This document shows positions 12,215-25,500 of a stretch of 64,000 nucleotides of DNA, one piece after another (positions within the stretch are counted from its first letter, which is position 1; each line of letters starts with the position of its first letter). Source of the DNA: Azolla caroliniana. Lineage: Eukaryota > Plantae > Polypodiophyta. The notes under the pieces are model-generated. The model worked only from the letters and a program-made list of their open reading frames with translations, was not told where the DNA came from and did not search any database. A program made the position numbers and the translations under genes. The DNA is taken from NCBI GenBank assembly GCA_043228905.1, contig JBHGNT010000014.1, forward strand, positions 15,810,001 through 15,874,000, read 5' to 3'.

Positions 12215-15208
12215 AAAATTTTAGCCACTATCACCTCGTTCATGGCATCCCAATTCCCTCCCGTCGTCGTCGAAGTCGATACCCCTATGCAATCTAAGAT
12301 CCCGCAACCTCCTGAGCGACCACCCCCCTTCCAAATGGAGCAACTCCTGCAAGTCCTCTCCAACGCCATGCTTCAAATCAGCCACACGAACCAAGTTATG
12401 CTCTCCTTCCTCTCCGCTACCAACGATCGGTCTCCAGATCGGCCAAATTCCAAGGTTCGCCCAAAGTCCTTCTCTGGCTTGCCCTCAGAGGATGTCTTAG
12501 CATGGTTGGATCACTTTGAGATGATCTCAAATTACCACAAATGGTCTGACGAGCGCAAGGTTTTGGAAGTTCGCACCTTGCTCGAAAATGTCGCTGCCAC
12601 TTGGTACGTACAACAAACCAGCGAAGTGACAGAGCATTGGGTGATCCTCCGGGATCTCCTCGTGCAAAACTTTGCTCATCAAAATTCGACCCAAATGGCA
12701 TTGCAACAACTCAAGACGTTGCAACAACAAGTGCACGAACCAATAGGACAATTTGGTGTTCGCCTAAATCAGCTCCTCATCCATGTCGATCCAACCATGC
12801 CCGAGCATGTTAAGCTTTTCTTTTTTATGGCCCCGTCTGCACCCTGACATCACTCGTTGTGCCCGGGACCAAGGTCCCACGACCTTCAATGATGCGATCC
12901 TCATTGCCCAATGCATCGAAGCTTGTACGTTATCTGACTCCCAACCACGATGGCCCCCTCCACCATCGACCGACTTACGAGCACAATACCAAGGAGTGAC
13001 CCCCATGGACATTGATGTCCAAAACGTGCAGATGTAGACTCGCCGAAACCTTCCTAATCGCGATGCCCAAGGACGCCCGAAGTGTTTCTACTGCCACAAT
13101 TATGGACACGTCCGACGTTATTGTCGGAAATTGCAACAACAATCTCACAAGCAGCAAGCCCAGATAACCATGGCTGACGCAACATCGTTGGTTGAGCTTC
13201 CGGGGTGCTGATGGAAGAGCCAACCCCCCACGTCCAAGCGTCCGCCTCTTCTAGTTCACAGGTATGCACCGCTCTGGCCACCATTAATCCCTCCACACAC
13301 ATCATCCTATTAGACTCTGGCAGTAGTATCTCTTCAATTAGCACCGCCTTAGTTCACCAATTAGGCCTCCCCACAACCACCGCTCCTTCCATCCAAGTCC
13401 TTTTTGGCGATCACCAACATCTATACCACTCTCACACGCAAGTCCACTGCACCGTTACCTTAGGCACTCTCACATTCTCACACCACTTGTATGTCTTGCC
13501 CCACCAACTCTTCCCCCTCACCTTAGGTTACGATTGGCTCCTCAAGCGCCGCACTATGATTGATTTCAATGCTCACAAACTGATTGTCCCACAAGCTCCC
13601 CCTATCCCCCTCCTACACGATAGCCTCCATGTCCCCCACCTCAGCCAAGTCCAGGTGGCCCTCAATCCCCAGGAGTGGTTAATCTCCGTCCACCAATTAT
13701 TAGCTCGTTTTCCGTCACTAGCCCCCCAACCCACGCATGTCGCTACTATCTCTTTCCTGGTACAACATGTCATTCGTACCGGGGATGTTGCTCCCATCTG
13801 TATGGCTACACGCCGACGTTCCCCCCTCGACCATGATCGCATCAATGCTGCCATCACCGACTACCCCCACCCCACCTCAATAAAAACATTGCAACGTTTT
13901 TGGGGCATGATCACCTTTTCCCTTCGCTTCATCCCGAACCTCGCCTTGGTCACTTTCCCCCTCCGTCATCTCCTGAAGAAAGGTGTGTCATTAGTTTGGG
14001 ATCTTGCTAACAAAGACAACTTTCGTCACCTCAAAACAATGGTCCAGGAATCAAGGTTGCTCGCCCATCCTAACTTTGACCAACCGTTTATGTTGTAGAC
14101 AGATGCCTCTAACCATGGGTTAGGAGTTGTCCTGCAAACCGATTGCCACAGGCAAGAGAAGGCGGTCTCCTTCATTAGCCGAACTCTCACGCCGGCTGAA
14201 TGGAACTACTCAACCACTGAGAATGAACTACTTGCAATCGTCTAGTCTTTCCAGCGTCTCCACCCATACCTTCATGGCGGGCAGGTTACGGTTGAGACTG
14301 ACCACCAGCCCTTACTTTCTCTTATTCATCGACCTCACCCCTCGGGCCGTTTGTTGCAATGGACGTTGGCACTTCAAGATTATCAGTTTACCCTCTCCTA
14401 TCGAAAAGGTGTAACCAATTTGGTCGTCGATAGTCTCTCTCGCGCCAATTTCCAAGCTGTCCAATTTCTACCCGCGACGTCTGACCTTCCACTGCCACTA
14501 CCACAACTCGCTACACTTCAACAACACGACCCCGCCATCCTAGAGATAACCCATCAGTTGCGCTCCCTCCAACCATTTCCCTCACAACGACGGTTCATGC
14601 TCCGCGATAACTTGGTGTTCTTCATTCAGGCCCATCATGAGCCGTGTCTCTACATCCCTCATGCCCTTCAACAAACATATCTCCAATTTTATCCCGACCA
14701 CCCATTGTTGGGTCATTTGGGTTTCCACAAGGTTCTTGAAAAATTACATCTCAAGTATTATTGACCCAACATGCGACACTCTGTCTCTACCTACATCAAC
14801 CAATGTGCTATGTGTCAACACATCAAACCCGCGAGCAAGCCCGCCGAAATGCTCCAACCCATCACCGTCACATCGCCTTTCGAGCTCGTCGGATGGGATT
14901 TCATGGGACCTTTTCCCGAAACCCCCTATGGCAACAAGTATATCCTGGTCATAATAGAATACCTCACCAAATGGGCTGAAACTGTTGCCATCCCTGACGT
15001 CACTGTGCCAACAATTGCATCCCAACTTTTGCACAAGGTAATTTTCAGCATGGTTGCCCTATCCAACTCTTATCTGATCATGGCCGCCAGTTCCATGGGG
15101 ATGTCCTCAACGCGGTTGCAACTCAACTAGGTGTCCAGTAGGTGTTTACATCCTCGTACCATCCGCAAACAAACTGTCATGAAGACAACATTTTGGTTAT
15201 CAAGAATC

Positions 15209-15933
15209 GAACCCACAACTTCTTGGTCTATGCTTTGAACCCTTAACCATTGTAATAACATATATGTTGTGTGATTATAATAATTATGTTTCTAGTTATT
15301 ACAAGATATTAGAATATTCTAGAACATTCTAGATTATTCTAGAACATCCTTTAATATTTCATGATTATATTTCTTATCATAAAATCTAAAATATTCTAGA
15401 ACATTCTAGATTACTCCATAAGGACCTATAAATAACTATCTATACATTCGGTTCAACTCATTCGGTTCAAACTGTCGAGATTCATGGGTAGAAGATAGAG
15501 TGAGAGCGAGAGCGAGTGCGAAAGAGAGAGGGTGTGTGTGTGTGTGTGCGTGAGAGAGAGAGAGAGAGAGAGAGTGAGAGAGTGAGAGAGATAAGACTTG
15601 AAATTGAAATGAGATTATATTATGATGAAACAAGATTACAATGAGTAGGCTAAGGGCTAAAGACTGGTGTTGAACCGAATGAGTTGAAACGAATGTATAG
15701 ACAGTTATTTATAGGTCCTTATGGAGTAATCTAGAATGTTCTAGAATATATTTTAGATTTTATGATAAGAAATATAATCATGAAATATTAAAGGATGTTC
15801 TAGAATAATCTAGAATGTTCTAGAATATTCTAATATCTTGTAATAACTAGAAACATAATTATTATAATCACACAACATATATGTTATTACAATGGTTAAG
15901 GGTTCAACACATAGACCAAGAAGTTGTGGGTTC
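15209..15933. repeat. Long inverted repeat: arms 15209-15470 and 15670-15933, ~200-bp loop made of inverted R-U5
   Basis: 15473-15933 is the reverse complement of LTR positions ~35-489 (compare 19435-19889). Confidence 0.95.
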
Positions 15934-16342
15934 ACTAGCAAGCTTTCTTCTTTTCCCTAGCCTTTGCCCTCCTAGATTCTAGAGCCAATTCTTGTTTCAT
16001 GGATCGCGAGTTTGCATTGACCCAAAACATCATCTTGAACAAGCTCCCGAACCCAATAGCTGTAGGAGTCATTGATGGTCGCCCTATAGCATCAGGTGAT
16101 ATAGTCGAAGAGTCTGAATCAATTCGTGTAGTCCTAGGTAATTTGGCTAGTATCATCTCATTCAATATCATTAGTAGTCCAGAGCACTCTCTAGTTACAT
16201 AACCCAACTATTGATTGGAGACAAAGAACTATTGAAGAGGTCATAGTACAGTCTGAGTCTCTTGAAACTCCAACAAAGGATCTAGGATCCCACATGATTT
16301 CAACAATCTCATCAGTTACAAGAGGATGGAAGGAAGGAAGAC

Positions 16343-19300
16343 ATGATGGTGTTTGCGGTTTTAGCAACTCCCTCATCTAGCTCACAAGAATTGGGGGTCC
16401 AATTACCAAAGAAGTACATAGAATTCTCCGATGTGTTCGATAAGGTGAAGGCTAATAGATTACCAGAGCATCGACCCTATGATTGCCCAATTGATTTGCA
16501 ACCAGGAAAAGAGCCTCCATGGGGGCCAATTTATAACCTTTCGCCCACGGAGTTAGAGGTTCTTCGAGAATATATAGATGAGAACCTGGCAAATGGTTTT
16601 ATCCAACATTCAAGATCTCCTGCTAGTGCACCCATCTTTTTCGTTAAGAAGAAAGATGGTACACTTCGTATGGTCATGGATTATCGGGGCTTGAATAAAG
16701 TGACTATTAGAAACCGATATGCTCTACCATTGATCTCAAGCCTTCTAGAACGCCTCAGTGGAGCAAAGTATTTCACGAAGTTAGATCTTCGAGGTGCCTA
16801 CAACCTTGTTCAAATTCGTCCTGGGGATGAATGGAAAACCGCATTCCGCACTCGCTATGGTCATTTTGAATATACAGTGATGCCATTTGGTCTCACGAAT
16901 GCACCAACAGTTTTTCAACATATGGCGAATGACATTTTTCGAGACTTCCTCGATATCTTCATCATAGTTTACTTGGATGATATCTTGATCTACTCAAAAA
17001 CTCAAGAGGAGCATGAGATACATGTTTGCAAGGTTTTGCAGCGGTTACGAGAGTATGGTCTCTATGCAAAATTGGAGAAGTGTAGTTTCGACCAGTGTCA
17101 AGTGAAATTTTTGGGGTACATAGTCTCTTCAAATGGCATCTCTATGGATCCATCAAAGGTCCAAACAATTTTGGATTGGCAAACACCACAGTCTGTGCGA
17201 GATGTACAATGTTTTTTGGGGTTCGCAAACTTTTATCGCAAGTTCATCAAAGATTATTCAAAGATTGTATTGCCCCTCACTCAACTAACGCGCAAGAATC
17301 AACCATTTGTATGGGGTATAGATGCGAACTCTGCATTTGAGGGTTTAAAGCAAGCGTTTACATCTGCACCAATTTTAATGCATGTCGATCCAATGAGGCG
17401 CTTTATACTTGAAGCTGATGCATCTGATTTCGCACTTGGAAGCGTACTATCCCAGATTGGTGAAGATGGCGAACTGCACCCTGTGGCTTTTCACTCACGG
17501 AAATTTGAAGCTGCAAAAATCAACTATGAGATTCACGACAAAGAGCTTCTTGCCATTGTGGATTCTTTTCAACAATGGCGTCATTTTTTGGAGGGTTCTT
17601 CTCAACAGATTATTGTCTTCAATGATCACAAAAATCTAACATACTTCCAAAGTGCTCGAGTCTTGAATGGTCGACAAGCTCGTTGGGCACAGTTCTTAAC
17701 TCGTTTTGATTTTGTAATTCTATATCGCCCTGGGATGCAACAAGGAAAAGCAGATGCTTTATCTCGACGTTCGTATATGGAACTTCAACCAGGAGAGGCC
17801 ACATTTGAAAGTCAAAAGCAAATCCTCTTAGGTCTTGATTGTCTACGAGTAATGGCAATACATACTATCAACACACCAGGAGATTCGAGGCTTCTTGATT
17901 TCATTCAGGAGCAGATTGCGACAGATGCATTCGCCTTGAGTCATATTATCCCAAATCGTGCTTCCAGCTCTCAATCTAAAAATCCTCGTCTAGACTACAC
18001 CCAGTTCAATTGGCATGATGGTTTGTTTTTTCGACAAACTCTCTTGTATGTGCCTGACGGTCCTTCTCGACTCAAAGTCGTGCAACAATGTCATGACACG
18101 CCAATGGCGGGAAATTTCGGCATCCACAAGACTTTTGAGTTGATTTCTCGCTGATATTGGTGGCCACGGCTTCGCCATTTTGTTACGGATTATGTTCGTA
18201 GTTGTGATACATGTTGCCGATCAAAAACGCCTCGACATCATCCATATGGCCTATTGCAGCCAATGCCTATTCCGGAGAGTCCATGGAAATCTATTTCCTT
18301 GGACTTTATTATGGATCTTCCACCTTCCAAGGGATTTGATTCTATTCTCACGGTAGTCAATCATTTTACGAAGATGGCGCATTTCCTTCCATGCACGAAG
18401 ACCATTACTAGTCAAGAGACAGCTGATTTACTCATGCGGGAGGTGTTTTGCCATCATGGTCTTCCGGATGATATTATCAGTGATCAGGGTCCCCAATTCA
18501 TCTCGAAATTTTGGCGGCACATGTTCAAACTCTTACATACTTCTTGTAAACTCTCTTCCGGCTACCATCCAGAGACTAATGGGCAGAGTGAGCGCACCAA
18601 CCAAACAGTCGAACAATATCTATGTTGTTTTGTCAACTATCAACAAGATGATTGGGTGGATTTATTACATTTGGTGGAATTTTCTTACAACAACTCCGAA
18701 CATTCTTCTACTGGCTATTCCCCATTTTTTGCTAACATTGTGTACCATCCTCGTTGGACAATGCTTGAACATCCCGAACTCCCGAAAAACCCAGCTGCTG
18801 AAGATCGGCTCACTCGACTCCAAGAAATTCAAGATATACTTTTGCATCATTTATGTGATGCCCAAAACACTCAAAAGAAGATTGTTGATCGTCATCGACG
18901 TGATTCATCGACTACGTTTCAAGTAGGAGATCGTGTAAGGTTCTTACAAGGTAGCATTAAAACCACTCGACCTTGCTACAAATTGGATTATCGATGTTTC
19001 GGCCCATATGTGATCTCTAGTAAGATCAATGATGTGACATTTCGTCTTGATCTCCCTTCTCATATGCGTCTTCACCCGGTCTTCCATGTTTCACTTTTGG
19101 AGCCCTACACAACAAGCTCTATTCTGGGTCGTCTTACACCTCCCCCACCTCCAATCGAAGTTTCCAATGGCTCTGAATATGAGGTTGTTGCTATTCTCGA
19201 CTCCAAGATCATCCGCAACAAACTATATTATTTGGTTGATTGGTTAGGCTATACACCTAATGATCGAACATGGGAGCCTACCGAGCATCTTGCTAATGCC

Positions 19301-19387
19301 TCCGACATGGTTGTTGCATTTCACGACAAATATCCCCATAAACCAAGTCCGAACTCTTGTCTTCCGACTCGTGGAACTCGTCATTGA
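16343..19387 (+). pseudogene. Chromovirus pol (RT-RNaseH-IN-chromodomain), interrupted by one in-frame TGA at 18152-18154
   Basis: ORFs 16343-18154 and 18254-19387 are in the same frame and read ISR*YWWP across the stop. Confidence 0.9.
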
Positions 19388-22300
19388 AAGGGGAGCATAA
19401 TGTCATGAAGACAACATTTTGGTTATCAAGAATCGAACCCACGACTTCTTGGTCTATGTGTTGAACCCTTAACCATTGTAATAACATATATGTTGTGTGA
19501 TTATAATAATTATGTTTCTAGTTATTATAAGATATTAGAATATTCTAGAACATTCTAGATTATTCTAGAACATCCTTTAATATTTCATGATTATATTTCT
19601 TATCATAAAATCTAAAATATTCGAGAACATTCTAGATTACTCCATAAGGACCTATAAATAATTGTCTATACATTCGTTTCAACTCATTCGGTTCAACACC
19701 AGTCTTTAGCCCTTAGCCTACTCATTGTAATCTTGTTTCATCATAATATAATCTCATTTCTATTTCAAGTCTTATCTCTCTCACTCTCTCTGACTCTCTC
19801 TCTCTCACGCACACACACACACACACACACCCTCTCTCTTTCGCTCTCGTTCTCGCTCTCACTCTATCTTCTACCCACGAGTCTCGACACAAACGGCCTC
19901 ACCGAATGCCTCAACAAGACCCTCAAACAGGAGATTGCCACTTACATCGATCCATGCCACAAAACCTGGGATCAAATCTTGCCTTTCGTCACCCACGCCT
20001 ACAATACATCCGTTCAGGCGTCAACATGGATCAACCCTTTTCGAGCACTCTATGGGCGTGACCCTCGGCTCCTACCAAAATCGTCCATTGACATCCATTC
20101 CAAACCTACCAACATGGATGCTGCCAGTTGGGGGCTCGATCTCCAACAACTGCTACCTCTCCTTAGACAAGCAAGCTCTCGAAACCTACAAGTTGCACAA
20201 CAACGCCAAAAGCGACACTACAACGTGGATCGAATTACCCCGACTTATGATGATGGAACCAAAGTCCTTGTTTACTTCCCAGTCCGGCGGCATGGTCTCA
20301 ACGAATCACTCATGCACCGATGGATCGACCCATTCACCGTGGTTCATGCAATCAAATCCACGACTTACTTGCTCCGACACAATTCCAATGGTCGATTCAC
20401 CTCCGCCCATGTTGCCCGCATCAAGCCCTATGCTACCCCAAGTCCATCTTCTAGCGCTCGTCTTTTCCCCATGTTGTAAAACTCCTTGTTTCTCTCAAGG
20501 GGGAAATGTAGTGTCCCTTGGATGCAAGTGCATGCCTTCATGTTGGGTGTGCATGTGTTCCTTTGTGCCCCTTTTAGCATACCTTTGTTTAGCATGCATG
20601 CCTTCATGTTATGGTGTACATGTGTTCCGTTGAGCCACCCTTTTAGCATACCCTTGTTCGGATGCATGTAGATAAGTAAAGCCAACCCAAATGGGTACCT
20701 TTGTACGACTATAAATTGAATAGGAAGTAAGAAGTTAAGCAAGCTGGTTTGGATTCCATTTATGTGCATTTCACAATATGTAGAGTCTCCGTGTCATTTA
20801 TGATGATCAATTATGATAAGTATGATAATCAAATTTATGATAAGTATGATGACAAAATTTATGAAAAGTATGATGACAAAATTTATGATGAGTATGATGA
20901 TTAATATCAATAAAAAATGGTTTGGTTTTGATTTATGATAAACCGGTTTGGTTTGGTTTTAAATTTTTCGTAAACGGTTTGGTTTAACGGTTTGGTTTAA
21001 ATGGCTTCATAAATTTTAAAACAGTTTGGTTTGGTTTGGTTTCAAGGCCAAGAAACCGAACCGAACCGAAACCGAACTGGGCTCATTGCTACATGCAATG
21101 CATGATTGCCATTTGGTGCTCATGCATCGCATGTGATGCATGATAACCATGTCACTCATTCAAGCTCTTATGTATGAGAATTTATATGAGAAAAGCACAA
21201 TGATGAAAATAGGGTTTAAAGAAACAACCTTAGTTTAATGGTAAGTAAATTGTCTCCTATCTTGGAGGTGTAATGTTCAGTAACCTTACTCTCACCTTTT
21301 TGTATGCCACTAGGCCATAGGCTTATTTTTTATATTTGGTGTAATGAGCACCTAAACACACATCACACGTGCACATTAACGTGCTAACATACGAATACAT
21401 GTGCATATTGCACTTTCTCGATTTTGTCCGTTCCACGTGATTTTCACATCGTTGCCGAAAATCTTCATGACAATGGCTCGGTAAACCGCTACAAAGCATG
21501 ACTTGTAGCAAAAGGATATGCTCAAATGCACAAAGTCGATTACGAGGAGACCTTTGCCCTGAATCAATGTTGGTTATTCAAACAATCATTGCACTCGCAA
21601 CCACTAAAGGGCAACACCTCCATCAAATGAACATGAAGAACGCCTTTCTTCAAGGTGAACTAGAAGAGGAGGTTTTCATGATTCAATCACCCAGTTTCAA
21701 ACTGACTAACCACCCGACTGCAATTTGCCAACACAAGAAGCCGTTGTATGGACTCAAGCAAGCACCGCGTGCTTGGAATTCAAAGATTACTCAATCTCTT
21801 CACCAAATCGGCTTCCGAATGTCGAAATCGGACATAAAAAGCGATTTCGAAAGCGATTTTGTCATCATCATGTACGTGGATGATTTGGTCATTGGAGGAG
21901 AGAATCTAGCTGACATCAATAAGGTCAAATCCCTCGGTCCGATAGATTTGAAATGAAAGACATACAGGAGCTTCATTACTTCCTCGGTATAAAAGTAATT
22001 CGGACACCAGTCGAGATCATTATCTCTGTTAAGAATCTATTATTAATCAATAGACCAAAGTAAAGTAACAATAAGGTAAATAAATTGGATAGAAGAACCC
22101 ATTCCACCCGACCACCCCCGAGCTCTGATCTAGACATAGCCAACCTACCACCAACGTCCCATACCGCTGGATATTAGGATGACTAATACCTTGGAAGAGA
22201 TAAACACGATCATTGTGACGAAAGCCTAGCCCGCACCACCAGTGTCTAAGACAACAACCTTTCGACGTAATGTCCTTATGAGGGTATAGATGTGCCTTGA

Positions 22301-22451
22301 ATAGATGTGCCTTTCTAAAAGGTTCTCCATTCATTGGTTGACCAAATCATGATAGTGCATGCAGCTATCATTCCTTCTATCCAATCACATTAGTCCCCTT
22401 TTTAACATTAGTGAACATACCCTTCACTTATGTAAATATTAGTGACCTACC

Positions 22452-22537
22452 TGTTGGTGACAAGGTCGTCTATGCGGAAGATCAAGAAGCATTCGATTCT
22501 GTTCTGAGTACCTGCGTATGACAGTTTCTACGATCTT

Positions 22538-22584
<47 letters not shown>

Positions 22585-25500
22585 CACAAAAGACTTTATA
22601 TTCAATAGAAGAAATAATACAACACCCAACCCTACAAAAAGGTTACAAGGTCACTATATATAGTGACCGACTTAGGGCAACTACCCTTTATGCTAATTAC
22701 ACAAATGGCCCAAACTTGAGCTATACAAAGGGATAGTGTGAATACGTCCATTATACACTTGTATTCGACACTCCCCCGTAATGGGCGTATACATGGGTTA
22801 TCTAAGATTACAGGTATAAACCTAGGTTCTCGGACATATCAGTTTTTGTTCGGATCGGCAGGGTCCGAAGGCAGAAGACCGGACTGGTCGAGTCGGAAGA
22901 GTTGAAGCCGATCATTAGGGAACTGATGTCGGTTGTCTGAAACCATCCTGCGCTGTGTCCGGCTCTAACCGGACTGGTTTGTCGTTACGCCCATCTGATA
23001 CCGAAGGGACCGAAAACGGTCTGCCGAAAGACACTTGGTCATTCCATCTGCGACATTGTCGGTTGTGGATATTTTCTCTAGACCGATTTTCCCTGAAATG
23101 ACGCAGTCCCGAACGAAGTGATATCGAACGTCGATATGTTTGGAGGCGTTGTGGTGAACCGGATTTCTCGGCAAGGCAACAACACCTTGACTGTCGCTAT
23201 AGACAACTGGGGCCGAGTCATGGTCGACTTGTCGAAACGTGTGCGCCAGCCGACCGAGCCACAAAGCTTCTTTTGCAGCGTCGGACGCAGCTACATATTC
23301 TGCTTCGGTCGTTGAGGTCACTGTGCACTCCTGAAGTTTCGACTTCCACGAAATTGCTCCATTGCCGAATTTGAAGCAGTATCCAGTTGTTGATTTCCGA
23401 CTGTCTATACAGCCGGCGAAGTCCGAGTCGGTGTAACTGACTACGCCTGAGATTGAGTTCGGACCGAAAAGAATGCCGTGGTCTTTTGTGCCAGCCAGAT
23501 ATTTGAACACATGCTTGACTGCGTTCCAATGCGATCGGCCAGGATTGTGCATAAATCTGTTGACGACTCCTACGGCATGAGAAATATCAGGCCGTGTCGC
23601 GACCATCAGGTACATAAGGGAGCCGACTGCCGGTGCATACGGTACCGACTTCATATCTTCCCCCTCCGGGCCGGATGTCGGGCAGTCTCGCTGAGAGAGC
23701 CGAAGATTCATGGGGAGCGGGGTTGAAGCAGATTTGGCTGATTGCATGTTGAAGCGTTCCAAGACACGTCCGATATAGTCGGTCTGAGACAAGAAAAGAT
23801 GTCGTTTATCGCGATGCCGACTAATCTTCATGCCAAGTATGTGTCGTGCCGGACCGAGGTCCTTCATGGCAAACTTCAACCGCAGTTGCCGAATGAGATC
23901 GGCAAGTTCGCTCACGTGGCGTCCAGAAATTAGCATGTCGTCCACGTAAATGATGAGGAAGATGGGTGAGCCATCTTGAGCTGTGTTGGTAAAAAGACAA
24001 TGGTCCTCATCGCTTTTTGAGAAGCCGATCGATTGGATGAAGTCGTCGAACTTCTTGTACCATTGTCGCGGTGCTTGTTTGAGGCCGTATAGACTCTTCC
24101 TGAGTCGGCAGACTAGATGTTCTTGGCCAGTTGCCACGAAGCCTTTTGGCTGCTCCATATAAATTTCCTCTTCAAGATCACCATGGAGGAATGCTGTTTT
24201 GACATCTAGCTGAATCAGTTCCAAGTTGTCGGCTGCCACTACGCCGAGTAGAAAACGAAGGGTTGTCATTTTCACCACTGGTGAAAAAATCTCGTCGAAG
24301 TCGACGCCATATTCTTGTCGGAAGCCCTTCGCAACTAATCTGGCCTTGTACTTTGGGGTGGTCGAATCAGACGTCTCTTTTAGTCGATAAACCCACTTGC
24401 AAGGAAGAGCACGTCGATTCTTAGGTAGTTCGACCAGATCCCAAGTCTTGTTTGCCCGAATAGAGTGCATTTCCGACTCCATCGCCAGATGCCAGGTGGC
24501 TGAATCGACAGATGTCGATGCTTCTTCGTAAGACGTCGGTTCGCCGGCGTCGGTGAAGAAAATTCCAGGAGAATACCTCTCCGGAGGTTGCGACAGTCTC
24601 TCGGATCGTCGAGGTATGATTGGACTGGTCGCATCGGGTATCGAGGTCGGATGGTCCGAAAGCGAATTATTCTGTTGTGCCGAGTCGGAGTTGTCCGAGT
24701 CGGTAGTGTAAGGTTCAGCTACCCGTGAAGCTGACCGTGTGTTAAGAGCGGGGCCTTCTTGAAGGGTCTGCACATCGGAAAATGTTACCCTTCGGACGTC
24801 GATCGGTTTTTCGACTGATGGATTCATAGCCGACTCGTTGAACACAACGTCCGAACTTCGAACGATTTGTCTGCGTTCGGGGTCCCAGAGTCGGTATCCC
24901 ATTTCGCCGTCTGATCCATATCCAAGGAAAATGCATTTCCTGGACCGAGGTGCAAGTTTTCGGCGATCATCTTTCGGAATAAGGGCGTATGCCTCGCATC
25001 CGAAGATCCTCAGCTTGTCATAATTCGGCTTACTGCCGATCCATAGTTCCTGAGGAATTTGAAGTCCTAGAGGTCTGCTTGGCGACATATTGATTATGTG
25101 TACTACCGTGAGTAGAGCCTCTGCCCAGAAGCCATCCGACAGTCTGGAGTGTTGGAGCATGGAAACTATCCGTTCTTGGATTGTCCGATTCATGCGTTCT
25201 GCAATCCCGTTTTGCTCCGGACTGTGTGGTGCCGTAAATTCACGTCGGATGCCGCGTTGTCGGCAGAATTTGACGAATTCTTCTGATTTGAACTCTCCCC
25301 CATTGTCGGTCCGAAAGCATTTCAGTTTTCGGTCGGTTTGATTTTCTACCATAGCGAGCCAATCGGAGAAGATCGAGAAGACACAATCTTTGGTGCGAAT
25401 TGGATAAGCCCACACCTTTCGAGTCGAATCGTCAATAAAACTGACGAAGTAAGAGGCACCGCCGAGAGACTGATGCGGCATTGGGCCACAGACGTCCGAG

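Larger units (their letters stand above)
15175..19889 (+). mobile_element. Chromovirus (Tcn1-like Ty3/Gypsy) with a rearranged 5' end and no gag; 3' LTR 19401-19889
   Basis: 5-bp TSD CAAAC at 15170-15174 and 19890-19894; protease remnant ALLDS; RT (KLDLRGAY, MPFGLTNAP, YLDD); RNase H; integrase; C-terminal chromodomain YEVVAILD..YLVDWLGY..RTWEP; PPT 19387-19400. Confidence 0.95.
11950..20775 (+). mobile_element. Non-chromoviral Ty3/Gypsy element, defective, RT core deleted. LTRs 11950-12193 and 20507-20775
   Basis: Paired TG..CA LTRs; 4-bp TSD ATAT; PBS TGGTGGAGAAGCGGGG; gag with CFYCHNYGHVRRYC knuckle; protease LLDSGS; RNase [16 protein letters not shown]; integrase GWDFMGPF, YHPQT|NGLTE; PPT AAGGGGGAAA at 20497-20506. 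Confidence 0.92.
11659..21091. mobile_element. Non-autonomous hAT element/MITE (~600 bp net)
   Basis: Imperfect TIRs TAACAATGGGCCTGGTT / AACTGGGCTCATTGCTA; 8-bp TSD CATGCAAT at 11651-11658 and 21092-21099; many subterminal AAACCG/CGGTTT motifs. Confidence 0.88.
11110..21472. mobile_element. Probable solo LTR (~940 bp net: 11110-11658 plus 21092-21472) inserted in the Copia RT
   Basis: TG...CA ends (TGTTGCG...CATGACA); 4-bp TSD ACGG (11106-11109) / ATGG (21473-21476, one C>T change). Removing it restores the host codons NG-SVN. Confidence 0.72.

Noticed and set aside
13190-13215. Possible programmed gag-pol frameshift in the Gypsy element
   Set aside because: The element has several other frameshifts and stops and no recognisable slippery site; it cannot be told from decay.
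15468-15476. CAAAC before the inverted LTR, identical to the element's TSD
   Set aside because: CAA belongs to the LTR motif and there is no partner duplication at 15934. It is better explained as primer plus 2-nt spacer, though coincidence is not excluded.
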